A DNA stretch of 64,000 nucleotides, from NCBI RefSeq assembly GCF_009914755.1, contig NC_060928.1. One strand, 5' to 3'. Each line of letters opens with the position of its first letter. The stretch's first letter is position 1. Of this stretch, positions 13,996 through 27,998 are shown piece after piece. The notes under the pieces are model-generated. The model saw only the letters and a list, made by a program, of their open reading frames with translations. It made no database searches and was not told the DNA's origin. The position numbers and the translations under genes are program-made. This DNA is from the human T2T-CHM13v2.0 reference genome, Homo sapiens.

Positions 13996-14008
13996 CCACT
14001 AGAGGGCG
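13996..14008 (+). promoter_or_regulatory. CTCF-binding motif candidate in GNRHR intron 1
   Basis: CCACTAGAGGGCG matches the CTCF core consensus CCASYAGRKGGCR; an isolated GC-rich word in AT-rich DNA. Confidence 0.6.
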
Positions 14009-15741
14009 TCTAATAATTTTACTATCACTCCAGTCAAGAAACCCCAACAAGTGCATTCAGCTAATTTTATCTTATGATTCAGACTTTTTTCCCACATTAC
14101 AAAGTGAGACTTTTAGTTTTCTGTAATTCTTTGCAACCTGACCTTATTTAAAGTTCAGCTTTGAATTAGATCCAACAGAGGCTGTGAGTTAAAGTCTTTG
14201 GAAGGCTTACTTCACGTAGAACCTGAGAATCTTATATTTCTTTAAGGTTTTAGCTACTTCCCTCTGCACCATCCCAGCTGGACTTGGAACCATATGACCT
14301 GAGTTTTACTTTCTGCTCTGCCCTGGGCCACATTTTCGTCTTAATATTTCATGTTTTAAAGGCATAATGATGTCACTGACTGGCTGATGAAATCCCAAGC
14401 GTAGGTAGTATGCTACATGAGGGGTGAGTTTTTTGCTAACACCACAAAGGTCTCTGGCCCAATGAGTGGAGTTTGATAGGAGTTCTTGTGACAAGTCTAA
14501 TGTTATTGCATGCCAGTTTTGAGGAGAGATGAAAACATTTGAAAAGCAGTGTGTTTTTTTTCTACGTTTGTCTGTATTTCTTACTCAGGCCTCTCAGGCA
14601 TTACTTGGCCTTTCTGTTTTCACACCAACTTGGTGAGTTCTACTATAAGATTCTAAAAAGATGGGTAGTGCGTGGTTCAAATTGGTTCATTTGTAACTGG
14701 AAAAAATTTATAATTAAAAAAATAAAATATGTTTAAAAAAGCCATAATGATGAAACTTTCAATTAGCAATGACTTTGAAACATAGTACTATGATTGAGTT
14801 AATGGCTATCTTATTTAACACATGCTTATTTTTTAAGCAACTCTTTGGTAAAATAAACTATAGCTGGCATTCTCTGTCATAAAAGATAAAGCAGTTATAT
14901 CCTTCAATCAGGGAATTTAATATTTGGTAGTGCAGATTTAAAATGTATGTGACCCAGGTAATACAAGATAGACCAATAAATTTTAAGAAAGGTATAATAA
15001 AGTGTACACAAATTCAGAATCTTACTTGCCCATAAATTAACTTGCTATTGTCTTAGTTCCGTTTATTTTGTGCTCCAAGGCCATGTTCATTTGAATGATT
15101 TATGTAGAGATCCACTTTGCTTTTAGTTGTTCATTTGTCCTTGGATTATATTTCTTTAATTTTGGTATATTTCTCCTCTCTTGCCCCTGGCCCTGGTTCT
15201 TATCAGTGTTTGCTTTATTTTGCCATAAACAAGAACATTCTGTTTTTGTTTTTCACAGTCAATTGCAGTTGTTCATTTCTTCTTAGAATATTATCTTTAA
15301 CACTCACCTTACCCACACTAATTACACCCTTACCTAGTGTTGTCCACAGGTAATTATCTTCAGATGTGTGCTTCAGTTTCCTCATCTACATACATGGAGA
15401 AAATAGTAATATCTACCTCTAAGGCCTATCATGACAATAAATGAGTTAATACATGCAAAGCACCTGGAATAGTGCCTGGAACACAGCACTTTATAAATCT
15501 TTACCATTATTATAATTAAAACTTGAGGCACACAATTTTTATATGTATCCATATGCGTTTATATGTTTATAAATGTGTATCATATATATTTTTTTCTTGA
15601 TGTGTTTTAAGCATCAGTTTTCACTTCAAGCTTTTTCTGCCTTTTTCTTCCCCAGCCTCCTACAGGTAAAAAGGAAATAGACAATATTGCAGTGTTCACT
15701 GGGCAGAGTTGGGTAGAGTGTAGTAGTTAAAAGAGCTGGCT

Positions 15742-15884
15742 GCACCCATTAACTCGCATGGCACATGTATACATATGTAACAAACCTGCACGTTGTGCAC
15801 GTGTACCCTAAAACTTAAAGTATAATAATAATAATAAAATAAATAAATAAATAAATAAATGGGAAGCCTCTGACTGTTAAAAAA
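15742..15884 (+). mobile_element. Minimal L1PA insertion with 5' inversion and short 3' extension, inside a MIR
   Basis: L1PA terminus catggcacatgtatacatatgtaacaaacctgcacgttgtgcac...aaagtataataa. 13-bp TSD aaaagagctggct at 15729-15741 and 15885-15897. Confidence 0.92.
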
Positions 15885-16704
15885 AAAAGAGCTGGCTATG
15901 GATATGGCCATATATAGATAACTAAATATACTGATATACTGAGATTTCCACTTAGTAAACAGTAATTTTGGGCATGTTATATAATATTGGAGGTTTAGTT
16001 TCTTCATGTGTAAAATAAAGATAATGATTGTGCATAATTTATGTGATTGTTGGAAGCATTATATGAAATATTGCATGTAAAAGCTTATTTATTTAATATT
16101 TATTCACTGCCTGTTCTGTGAACCTAGCATGTAAAAGCTTTTAGCCAAATTCCTGGCACATATTTATGTCTTCAAGCATTATTTATCATCATCAACATTA
16201 TTGCTATTGTTATTTCTGCTAGTAGCACAGTACTATGTTGTAGCACAATGTTAGGCATATTGTACCTGTGTGATAATATTTATTGAATTTAAACCGTTGG
16301 CCAATGTCAGTAGTGCATTCTACACCAGTAAATTCTCTGTGTGTTAAGGCAAGCCTCCACACATCTTCAGACAACATATCTTTACACTAAGGACTAAGGA
16401 GTGGCCCACATTTCTTGCCGGCAGGCCTGGGTTAACCATAGAATTTAAAAGCTGTCAATATGTAATACTCTGTATTAGTACAGATAAACTAGTGATAAGC
16501 TTAACACAGATAAGCTATGAACTCTTTCTGCAAATAACCTGCTACTCTGGAATTCTTGTGGTATTAAATGACTCTTATTAGAAACCATGTGATTTTAAAT
16601 TAGATACGGGCACATCTAATTTAGGAAATGTCTTCTCTTCAATTTATATTTACCACCCTAACCACAGATGGTCTTAAACCAAAGCTATCCCAGGGTGTTT
16701 GCTG

Positions 16705-16846
16705 CTTTTTCTTTTCCTCCTTCCCTCCTTCGTTTTTCTTTTCTACCTTTCCTCCTTTTTCCTCCCCTTCCCTCCTTTCCCTCCCTCCCTGCCTCCTTTC
16801 CTTCCTTCCTTCCTTCTTTCCTTCCTTCCTTCCTTCCGTCTTTCCC
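16705..16846. repeat. Pyrimidine-rich (CCTT)n-type simple repeat
   Basis: Degenerate cctt/ccct tandem run. Confidence 0.9.
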
Positions 16847-19316
16847 CACTTTTATATACGATACCTCCAAGACTTGAATTACTGTGCTCTGACATGTATA
16901 ATTAGCAGAGTGAGTATGATAGCTTTGTGACCAGGGAGTAGTTTACTAATCAGTCAGAATGCATGCTATAATTTTGAAAAATTTGAAATAATCCACTTTT
17001 ATATAAGCATTTCTTTTTGCTGTTTCTTAAAGAACCAACAATTCCATACTCATATTTCTGTACTTTTTCTTTCCTGACTTCAAAACCTCTTTTATGAAGG
17101 TAAGAAGAAAGGATGGTCTTAGGAAGAAAGGAAAAGAAGAAAAATAAATATTAAATTAGTATTTAAAATTAAGGTGTAAAGTCTTAGATGATTTTATAAA
17201 TTGTATGACTTATTCTTTACAATTACTCTTTTAAATGTAAGTAATTTGCTCAGAGTCACATAGCTGGTAGGCAGTATTACTGAGATTTGAGCCCAACTCC
17301 ATTTGAATCTCACACTCATGCCACTTTTACTATCCCATTGGCTTTTGAACTTTGCTGCAAGGAGATAGGAAGTCTTTAGTAACTGTGACTGAGAGCTAGT
17401 GAATAACCAAGTGGAGGACTGGTCCTCCTTTCCCTCTATTTTAACCAGAGCAGCTCCACTTATATCTGTTTCATTCATTATGGCTTTTTGTACAGGATTT
17501 TTTGTACTGTATTTTATTTAAAAATTTTTAACAGACACATAATAATTGTACATATTTATGGGGTACATTGTGATATAGAATTTTTTAAAAAGAATTCTAT
17601 TACTAGCATAAAGTTTGAAAGTTTCTATGCCACACTATGCTAAAACTTCTGAGAATGCACTGCCGAATTATCACAGAACATAGCTTCTGAGGTTAATAAT
17701 GAGGAAAGTGGAAAATCTAGGAGGCCAATTTGAAATTTGGTCATTCTGAGCTGAGGCAAAATGTCATAAATTCCCAGATCCCCAGCCCTGAGTGGTGAAA
17801 ACATGTTTGTTAAGTGTTTTTTTTTCAACTGAGGTATGAATTACTCAAATAATAGAAAATCGGTATGTGCACCAAAGGATGAAAATTAAAGTTACCCTTT
17901 TAATGTAAATTAGGCACAATAGGACGTGCCTTTGTCAATTACATTTTTTATAATTGACCACAGAGCATGGTGAAGCATGAGACACACTCATCATGCATCA
18001 CAGTCTAGAAATAAAAAGCCCTCTTTCTCTCTCATGTTCCTCATCAAATATATGTAACATTAGTTATGGGATTGAAATTTCTTTTATTCAGAGAAATTGA
18101 AGAGAGCCATAATAAAAGGAAAGAATAAGACAACACGAGTCCAACAGAGCACGTGACACTGGGAATGCTAATGAATCCTTTTAAATCAGTGCTTTTTGAA
18201 CTGCAGGATATGCTCAGCAATGAGTTGTAATCAACAGTAAAAAATAAAATGTAACAGAATAGAATATTTATTTCATCAAAATTTTTTCTCAGTTATATGT
18301 GTGAGAGAAAGAGACAGAGACACAAACAAGGTTTCAGTGTAGTGTGTATTTCTTACTTTGGATTATTGCAAAAGGATTTGAATGCCATTGTCTTCATAGG
18401 TTTAGACCTTAGCTCTCTTATATATGAAATAGGGATAATAACACAGCTCCTATTTACCTTATAGAGTTAACGTAAATATCAGCATTACTTATGTGAGGTT
18501 ATTCAGGAAACTTCAGCAAAGTGCTTTAAAGTGTTGTTGAAAGTAAGGATGAGTCATGTGTTTTACAAAATAAAATAACACCATTTTCTGTGGCTCACAT
18601 TCACATAAATCTCTCTAGTAATGTATTTGAGGTCAGACTATTACATGAAATTCCTAAACAATTCAAAGTTAAGTTCCTATTTTCTTTTTGCTACATCAAG
18701 TTAGATAAATATTTGGCATTATCTTTCTATTATTGCTGTTAATACTTAGATGAAAATAATTGGATTGATAAAGCAATATTTTATTTATAGCTTCTAGGAG
18801 ACTTCTTCTAAGAAGAATCAAATCGTGAGTTTGCCCTTCAGTTATTATTGCAGATAGGATTATTTCTACTTTGGTTTGGATTTTAATCTACATCAGCACC
18901 TCAAATTACCAACTACTTTACACATAGTTGTAATTACACAGATCTTATATTGCCAACAGTCATGTCCTAAAGCAAATGATTTTACTTCTCATAGCCTGCC
19001 TTCCCTCTCCCTTCTACAAACAAACAGGCAGACAAACAAACACTCCCCTTCCCACCGGATCATTTCAATGGTTTTACTATTTTAATTCCTAGGCTAAAAA
19101 AATTGGAACTTTATTTCCCCCTGCTCTATTATTAACTCTCTCAATCCAATTTGTTGTCAGGTTTTGTATTTTATTTGAAATGTCTCTTTTACTATCTATT
19201 CTCTTTGATACCACCCTAGCCCCCTGATCACCTCATTGCCAGATGATTTTTAAAAAAGTCTTTGTTTTATTCCACTCCATTTGGGCCATTTGGGCCTACA
19301 TAAATTTTCCCAAAGC

Positions 19317-19625
<309 letters not shown>

Positions 19626-20924
19626 CAAAAGTGGAAAGAAAGAATGTGGAAAATTTTAAGAGCATAAGCCTTAGCTAAATCACCTCATTTCAGGTGATAT
19701 ATTTGCTAAACTTATTCTTATGTATTGCATCACTGTGAAATAAATCATATATTTTTCTTCAGAAAATGAAAACATTTTAGTTTTTCCCATTATTCTTATT
19801 ATGAAACACACACATATTCAAAAGAAATATTAAAGTGAGAAACTGATGGGATAAAACAGTTATCCAGCTTTCTAGTGTCTTGTGCTATATAGTGAGTTCT
19901 GCATGGCAGTTTTTTTTTTGTTGTTGTTGTTTTTTAACCATCTGGTCAGTAAAAAAAAGTCTAGATAAATTTCCATTTTCAGAGGCAAGTTTTGGAGGAT
20001 CCTAGTTAATTCTGATTTATTTCTTGACACATCCTTGTATCCTGGGTTTATCATGTAGTACATTTAAATGCAAGAGAAAACTTGTTCATCTGCTATTAAC
20101 ATTCTTTGTTATTTTCAAGAATTTGTCCTTTTCTTCGGGGATCTGATTGTTAAAATGGCAGGTTCAGCAGGTCAGTTAACTAGGCTGCTTCTGGTGAAGG
20201 CAACCTGGAAAGATAATTGCCCTCTGTGGGGAGGGCCTGTGCCTACTCTGTCAGTCATATGGCTTTCTCAATAAGCTGCCTCCAGCAAAACTCAAGCTAA
20301 CTTTAGGGAAATATTTGGATTTCCAAACATCCAAGATGTCTTACTTTTCTTCTATATTCAGTCCCACTTAGCTGCAAACTGCAGAGCAACATACTAACAA
20401 AGAATAATTCTCTCTAAGCTGCAGTGACAGAATTCTTAAAATTTCCACTGAAGAAACCCTAAATAAGAAACATTATAAATATTTTCTACCTAGGCAAATT
20501 TCATAATTCCTAAAAATTATCTCAACTAAACATTAAAGCCATGTCAACCAAAACAAAAAGAAAAACAGATAAAAGAATAGGATGGAGATAAGGTCAAGTT
20601 TGAGAATCGCATTTTTTTTGGGGAAGCATTTGCTACATAATAGAGATTATGTGAGCTACTTTATTTATTTATTCATCACAAAAGCAGTATTAAGTAAGCA
20701 TTAACCCCCATGTTACATTTTATCGGTAAAGGAACTGAAACCAGAGAGGTTAAGAAGTTTGCCCAAGGTAACAGAACAGAGCCAGAATTAAACTTCACTC
20801 TCTGACTTCCAGAACCCAAGCTCTTAAAGGTAATACAGTACTTCCTTTGATAAGACCTTATATCAAATTTAGATAGGAAATCTATGATCACCATATCCAA
20901 ATAAGTTTGTGTATAATGGCTTAC

Positions 20925-21446
20925 CTGTGGTCCTGCAAAGACACTACTGAGGATCCAGGCCAGGCCAACCATGGACTGTCCGACTTTGCTGTTGCTTTTC
21001 AAAGCTAGGGGCCTCGTGATAGCCAGGGAGCGGTCCAGGCTGATCACCACCATCATGAAGGCTGGGGCATACATGGAGAAAAGCTTTAGATAACTGAGAA
21101 CTTTGCAGAGTAACTCTCCAGCATACCATTGGACTGTAATGTTCCACATCCCATCCAGTGGCATGACAATCAGAGTCTCCAACAGGTTGGCTAAGGTCAG
21201 ATGTTTTAAGAGCAGCTTCATTCTTGAGAGCTTTTTCCCTTTCTCTTTCTTCTGTGTCCACTTCTGAAGTTTCAACAAGAAAGAAGCATTAAAGGTCGCA
21301 GAGAGCAGAAAAAGGAAGAAAGTAACCGTCACTCGGATCTTTCCAGACAAGGTCAGAGTGGGGAGGTTGCCCTGCATCAGTGGGATGCTGTTGTTGATGG
21401 CTGAACAGTGATTTTGATTCTGTTCAGGAGAGGCACTGTTTGCCAT
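20925..21446 (-). CDS. GNRHR: Gonadotropin-releasing hormone receptor (type I), coding exon 1 (aa 1-174; N-terminus, TM1-TM4)
   Basis: ORF starts MANSASPEQNQNHCSAINNSIPL, with class A GPCR helices, LANLLE in TM2 and SLDRS at the end of TM3. The exon ends ...GPQ at CAG|GTAAG (donor at 20924); 522 nt. Confidence 0.99.
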
Positions 21447-21800
21447 ATTTTCCCAGGACAGAGCTTCAAGCCTTGTGTCTCTGGTGCATCTGATATTTTA
21501 TTGTAACCGAATCTAAAGTCCTGTTTTATTTCTGCCTTCTTTAGATGGAAACGTCACAGGTTTAGACGTATGTCAAATTTTGTCCCTGAGATACTTAATG
21601 TGAAAGATCAAGGTTAACTTGTTTTGTGTATTGGTAATCCAACAGAGTGCTAAAACAGAGCAGGCCAAACGCATTCTGAGGGCCACATGTAACTGTAGCA
21701 CCTCAGCAGATGGTCTGGCTTTCACAACACTCTTCCTAAGTGAAGAAGGATAGTCACAGCCTAATTTTGAATTTAAAAGTCAGTCATGATATTATGATTT
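21447..21800 (-). promoter_or_regulatory. GNRHR 5' UTR / proximal promoter with SF-1 (NR5A1)-type and CRE-like elements
   Basis: TTGTCCCTG at 21580-21588 (about -134 to -142 from the ATG), TGACGTTT at 21556-21549, TGACATA at 21575-21569 and TGTCCTGG just 5' of the ATG. These match element types described for GNRHR promoters. Confidence 0.65.
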
Positions 21801-23306
21801 AAATAACTTTAAAAAATTTTTCTAAAAACTATTTAGTGTTAGTGTTCTGTCCAACATACAGATGTATAATGATAATGAAGAAAAATGAAAACAACTAGAT
21901 CCAATTAAAATCCATTGTCTTAAGGAATTAACACATTTCTCAAAAACATTTCTTTGTTTTCCTTTTCAAACACACTGTTGAGCACTCGAACACTGGACAA
22001 ATATATTCACTTAAAATTATTCTACAACAAATTAAAACTTTAAATTAGAATCAATCCAACTGACTGCATTCAAATTTATTAATCAATCTTACTGATCCAA
22101 TCCATGCTTAAGTTAGAGTAAAACGGTTAATCAGTTTTTAAATTATTGCCTTGGTTTTTATAATTATCTAAATATTGTAGTTGCTGTTATTACACATTAA
22201 TGCATAAGGAAACTAGTTATTGAAGAGAATACTGTGTAACTGCTGTAAGTGCATTTATATGTGTTTATGTTAGTATAATATGAATATGTTCTTTTATAGG
22301 TTATCTGATCATTTCAAATTGGGACCACTTAGGAACTTTTTCTGTGTTGCTTCTTTAACTTTCATGGTGAGTGCTGGATAGTTATTCATCAATACTGGTA
22401 AGACTTACATTGGAATTTATTAAATCACCAGCTTGATTTGTCTAATGCCAACAAGTTTGCTTCTGCAGCAGCCAAAGCAGGTACAATGTTAAGGATAAAA
22501 GTGGCTATTTTGACTTAGATGGTGCATTCTTATTGGTTCATTTATTATACTTGTTTATTCTGTCTTAAATATTTATTTATTTAATAAATGGTTACTAAAT
22601 ATTTACTATATACATTATCTTAGCCTTTGCTGGTGATAAAAAGTGAACACAACATCATCCAGCCCCTTTAAGGAGCTTGTTACCACAGAAGGTTAGATAA
22701 GTGTTTTAGATATATCTTATGTATTTCCTCAGCTTCTCTGTGTACTGGCTGTCTCCTGAATCTTGAGCAGCTTAGACCAGTCCTGTACCTGAGCTCCTTT
22801 TTGACTGTCACTATATGTCCAGAATTACCAGCTTCTCTCACTACTTCCAGACTTGAAATATTTATATCCTCTATTTATATAGAGTATCAAGGAAAGAGAT
22901 TTTCTCACACCTGAGATTTGTGACCATAAAATTTTTACCTACATCAAAACTAAGTTCTGACTCATCTAGGAGAATTACAAAAAAAAATTGTGCCTACTAT
23001 ATTAGCTGTAATAAGTTCCTTATAAGCAATCAGTCTTGAATAAGATAATTTATTTTTCTGAAGAACTCAAAAGGCTTTGCATATACATCATGTCAGTTAA
23101 TCTGATCAGGGCCATATGCCTGAAATGAACAAAACAGGATAACCATTGGAAAGACATACAAATATGAAAAGTGTTTGTAAGTGGACCAGCAACCAAAAAA
23201 CAAAGGAAAGAACATTTATGTAAAAATCCAATTTTAGTGAAGTATATTTTGCTCTTTGTCTTCTATATCTAGGGGAAAAAGATTAGAGCATATCATTCAT
23301 TATTTG

Positions 23307-23431
23307 TCCCTTTTCCTCCCATTCCTTCCCTTCCCCTCCCTTCCCTTCCCCTTCCCTTCCCCTTCCCTTCCCCTTCCTTCCCTTTTCCTCCTTTCATTCC
23401 TCTCTTCCTCCCTCCCTCCCTCCCTTTCTTT
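23307..23431. repeat. Polypyrimidine (TTCCC)n/(CCCT)n tract upstream of GNRHR
   Basis: Almost pure C/T run of about 125 nt. Confidence 0.9.
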
Positions 23432-24191
23432 GTTAATGATGGACTGATTCATTAGGGAAGAGGTTGCAACCGAGCTGAATGGGACTACAGCATATAGCGT
23501 AATAAGTGGCTGGGGAATGGGGTATGAGGACAGGGAGGGCATGCTTAGAAGCTGGAGCAGCACATGCAAACACGAAGACAATGTGAGAAAGTTCAAAGGG
23601 TATGTGAAAGCAAAAGTGTAAATAATTAGGCAGACTTCAGATCTGGAGAGCCTATATTCCAAGAAAAGGAGTTTAGGCTTTACCTATATAAAGAATGGAG
23701 TAATATACGGTAGGTATGGCCAGATTTATGCTTCAGAAAGCTTATTGTGTAGCATACAGAGAATGCCTTGAAGGGATTTGGGAAATAGTGGGCAATCAAA
23801 ATTCAGGGAGGTTAATCTATTTGGAAAACCCTTGCTATCAACACAACATGAAAGGTATAAAGCCCTCAAATGCAGGGTGTGGCTATGAAAGTCGGTAGAG
23901 GAAGTAGAGGGCGAATGATGTTTGACGCATTTGAGGAGCTCTAAGTTGTTGAATCTAAGTTGTTGGATGAGTCAACTATATAGATTTTGAAGGTGCTGTC
24001 AATACTGATAATATTACTCATAGTTAATATTTATTGGGTACTTACTTTGTGTCGAGCACTTTTCTAAGCATGTTACACGTATTAACACATTTAGACCTTA
24101 CAACAACCCTAGAAGTCAGTACTATTATTTTCGTCTTATGGTTGAGGAAGGTGAAGCAGAGACATTTACATACCTGATCCATATTAGAGTT

Positions 24192-24596
24192 TGTCATGGG
24201 GGAGCGGTGGCTATCTAGGCCCGAGGTGCAGGGACAAAAGGGTTTACCATTGTAGGTAAAAGAAAGGCAAATTTGTTAGAGAAGGGAGGAAAATACGTTG
24301 CCAGGGAGACAATGGGCAGGATCAGCGGAAGGGAAGCTGACTGCAAAGAAACAAAGGCTTGCTGGAGATTTTATAGGATAGTGTTTATGCTGTATGCTGA
24401 AGAGGGCTTTGTGCAGTACTGATAATGCCAAGGTTGCAGTGAGCTAACTTGCAGGTGTCTGGTGATAGTTGGGCATAGGAAGATTGAGAGTTATTTGCAC
24501 AGGAGGGCTATGTGTCCTTGTAGCTTATCTGCTTTTTCTTTTTGCTTTCCCCTGCTCCCACCAGCCTGACTCCTTTTCCCTAATTAGGACACCACA
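24192..24596 (-). mobile_element. Solo ERV LTR (LTR47-like, tentative) inserted in a MIR
   Basis: TG...CA termini on the minus strand, TATAAAA at 24375-24369, near-perfect 5-bp TSD gagtt/gaatt. Confidence 0.75.
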
Positions 24597-25864
24597 GAAT
24601 TGTGTTACATCTCATGCAGTCTGCCTTCAGAGCTCCTGTCTTTAACTACTATGCAATGCTACTTTCTGGTAGCAGTTGGGGTGGAAAGGTCTATGAGCCA
24701 GGTGCCATAGTCCTTAGTGAATGAAGGGCCGTGTTAACAGGCCCTTTTAGTTGCAGGAAAGGGAGACTGTTTTAGATAATGGAGTTATCTTTCATGATAC
24801 ACAAGACCTAGAAAGCCAACAGGAGCCCAGGCAGCTCTAAGGATGAGCAACTCCTGCTGATTCATCACCTGAGTTGGTTTTCAATTATAGTATCTTTTTT
24901 TTCTTCATAGTGTTTTTCCCATCATCTTCTTGAACCTAACTAGCCAGTTTTTTTTTTTTTTTTTGAATTAGAAGTCCAACTTCTGAAGGGAAAGAGTGAT
25001 GATGGTTTAGAAGTGACCCAGGGGAGCAAGAAATATTTTTCATACCTCTTTACTCATGAGAATAAAATAATAGAGGAAGGCAGCTCTTTCAAATAAGAAG
25101 AATGTGTATGCAAATGTATTTGGGAAAAAATTTTGTTTCCTGTAAGGAGAGAAGATGGAAGTAGCACAATATCAGAAAAAAAAGAATTTTTTTTTTTTTA
25201 GTTTTTGAAAACATGACTTACTTTGTTGAGCAAAGAATGATAGTGTCTACGACAACTGTGAAATGAGTAAAAGGGGAACTTTTAAAATTTAAGTTTAAAT
25301 GGAAGCATTTGAGGAAGGACTGTGGATGAAGTAGTATGAGGAAATATATACACAAAATTGTTGTGAAGGAGAGCAACAAATTCTAAAAGCCATACAAATT
25401 TTTCTAAGCCATGTTAAATTATGCATACATTTAACATGGCAGATTCACTTTCATTATTCCAAGAGTGCTCATTATTTGGAGAATCACACTGTAAAACATT
25501 GTTGCAATTTTTATTTCAGTATAGATGTGTTAGAGGTAAATGATGGGAAATTATGGTTAAATATGTACGATTTTGGAGATCAGATTAAGGAAATGCATAT
25601 ATAATATAAATCACCAACATATGAAATGAACAGAAAAGCAGAAGCATAATAAGTATGTTTACTTATCAAAATTTATGTTCACTAAATACTAAAAGTAGTA
25701 ATCTTTTACTTTTAAGTATAATTAACAATATATAAAAAGATTTAAACCAGGAATATAAGAATTATATTTATTTCAACAATTCAATTAACCACTTATTAAG
25801 CATTATGTACTACACACTATACTTGTGGATACCAAAAATAAGGCTAGCCAAAGCTCGTATTTGA

Positions 25865-26196
<332 letters not shown>

Positions 26197-26414
26197 GAGA
26201 TATTCTTATTTACATAAACTTTATGTAGTTTGCTTGTATTAAAAAGAGTATAATTTCAATTTTGTTCTTTTGCTGATAATCTTCTGTTGACACACAGAAT
26301 TTCCATTTCATGATGCAATTCAATTTTAAAATACAATGTATCTTATTTCCACCTTCTTCAGAATTGGAAATTTGAAAGCTAGATCCCCAATAATTGTATT
26401 AATTAAGAATTTAT

Positions 26415-26749
<335 letters not shown>

Positions 26750-26991
26750 TTAAAATACAATTTAGAAAAATATGATTATTAGTATTGGTTTCTCTTTAAC
26801 TTTCAGTAAGACTGGGCACACATGAAATTGACATCCTGTTAATTTCTATATAACATATTCACTTTTATTATTATTTCTTCTTTTCTTATTTTAGGACTTT
26901 TAAAATAAAATAGCTTTTTAAAAATTGAATTTTATAAAAATAAATATTGTATTTTTAAAATATTTAAGGATCAAGATTAAAACAAAGATGA

Positions 26992-27197
26992 AGCTTGGGC
27001 AATATAGGGAGAGCCTATCTCTACAAAAAAATTTTTTAAAAATTAGTCAAGCATGGTGGCACCCACCTGTAGTCCAGGTACTCTGGAGGCTAAGGTGGGA
27101 GGATCCCTTGAACCCAGGAGGCGAATGTTGCAGCGAGCTGAGATTGAGCCACTCCAGTCTGAGACAGAGCAAGATCCTGTCTCACAAAACAAAAAAA
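26992..27197 (+). mobile_element. 5'-truncated Alu (AluJ type)
   Basis: Partial left arm, right arm and A tail. Confidence 0.85.
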
Positions 27198-27998
27198 TAC
27201 CGTTGAAGCCTAGAGATGCTGTAGTTATTTAATAAAATCTTTGAAAAATAGTTTTATTCAGGTAAATCACTCACTTCCTTTATAGTTACTTTTATCTGAA
27301 ATTTTTCCACTAATTGATTTGCTAGGTTGTATAATTTGGAAATTTATTAGCATTATTTTTCAAAGGTAGAAATGATAACAGGAACGGGAAGAATAAAAAC
27401 CCCTTTCTTCTGCTTATTTCTCTTTATCTATGATGCAGATATCACATACACAAGGCCTTTGTTTTAAGGTGTAATTTCGTAGATAGGGGTGTATATCTAT
27501 GATATAGTATTACTTGCATAGAATTTTTTCTTTACAAACATCCATAAAAACAAAGAAAAATCTTTTAAAGCAAGAGTCTTCGAATAGTTAAACTTGATTA
27601 ACTGGCGTTCTACTAACCAGGGTTATGGTTAGTTACCTGAAAATTCACTTGCATTCTGCTGTGAGAAACAGACAAATAAAAAGGAAAAAAAAGTGTAACA
27701 AGTGTTTTGTCAAATGTAAGAATATGTCCTAAACTTAGTATAGTGTTTTTTTTTAAATGCTTTTTTGTTTTTGTTTAAATGCTTAAACCACCTGCATTTA
27801 ACTTTACCATACAATACAAGGAAACTTCCTCATTGGAAAGATGAACTTTAGACAAGATATTCTGGAACAATAATGATTCAATTGGGTTTACTGTATTGGA
27901 TTTATTGAATTAGAAAAATACACACATGTATTTTAGGGAAAGTATAAGAAAAATGTTTCCCTTAACAGTTCAAGTCAGTGGAAAACTAAATCAACTCA

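Noticed and set aside
16628-16930. Low-complexity F/L/P/S or G/R/K/E ORFs (also 23256-23662, 33655-33858, 55504-55689)
   Set aside because: Translations of simple repeats.
20676-20924. C-terminal 82 aa of the 256-aa ORF (VSHYTQTY...)
   Set aside because: Read-through into intron 1 past the CAG|GTAAG donor; no GPCR similarity after GPQ.
20944-21261. 105-aa alternate-frame ORF overlapping GNRHR exon 1
   Set aside because: Starts at GTG rather than ATG, has no recognisable motif, and is the kind of shadow frame expected within a coding exon.
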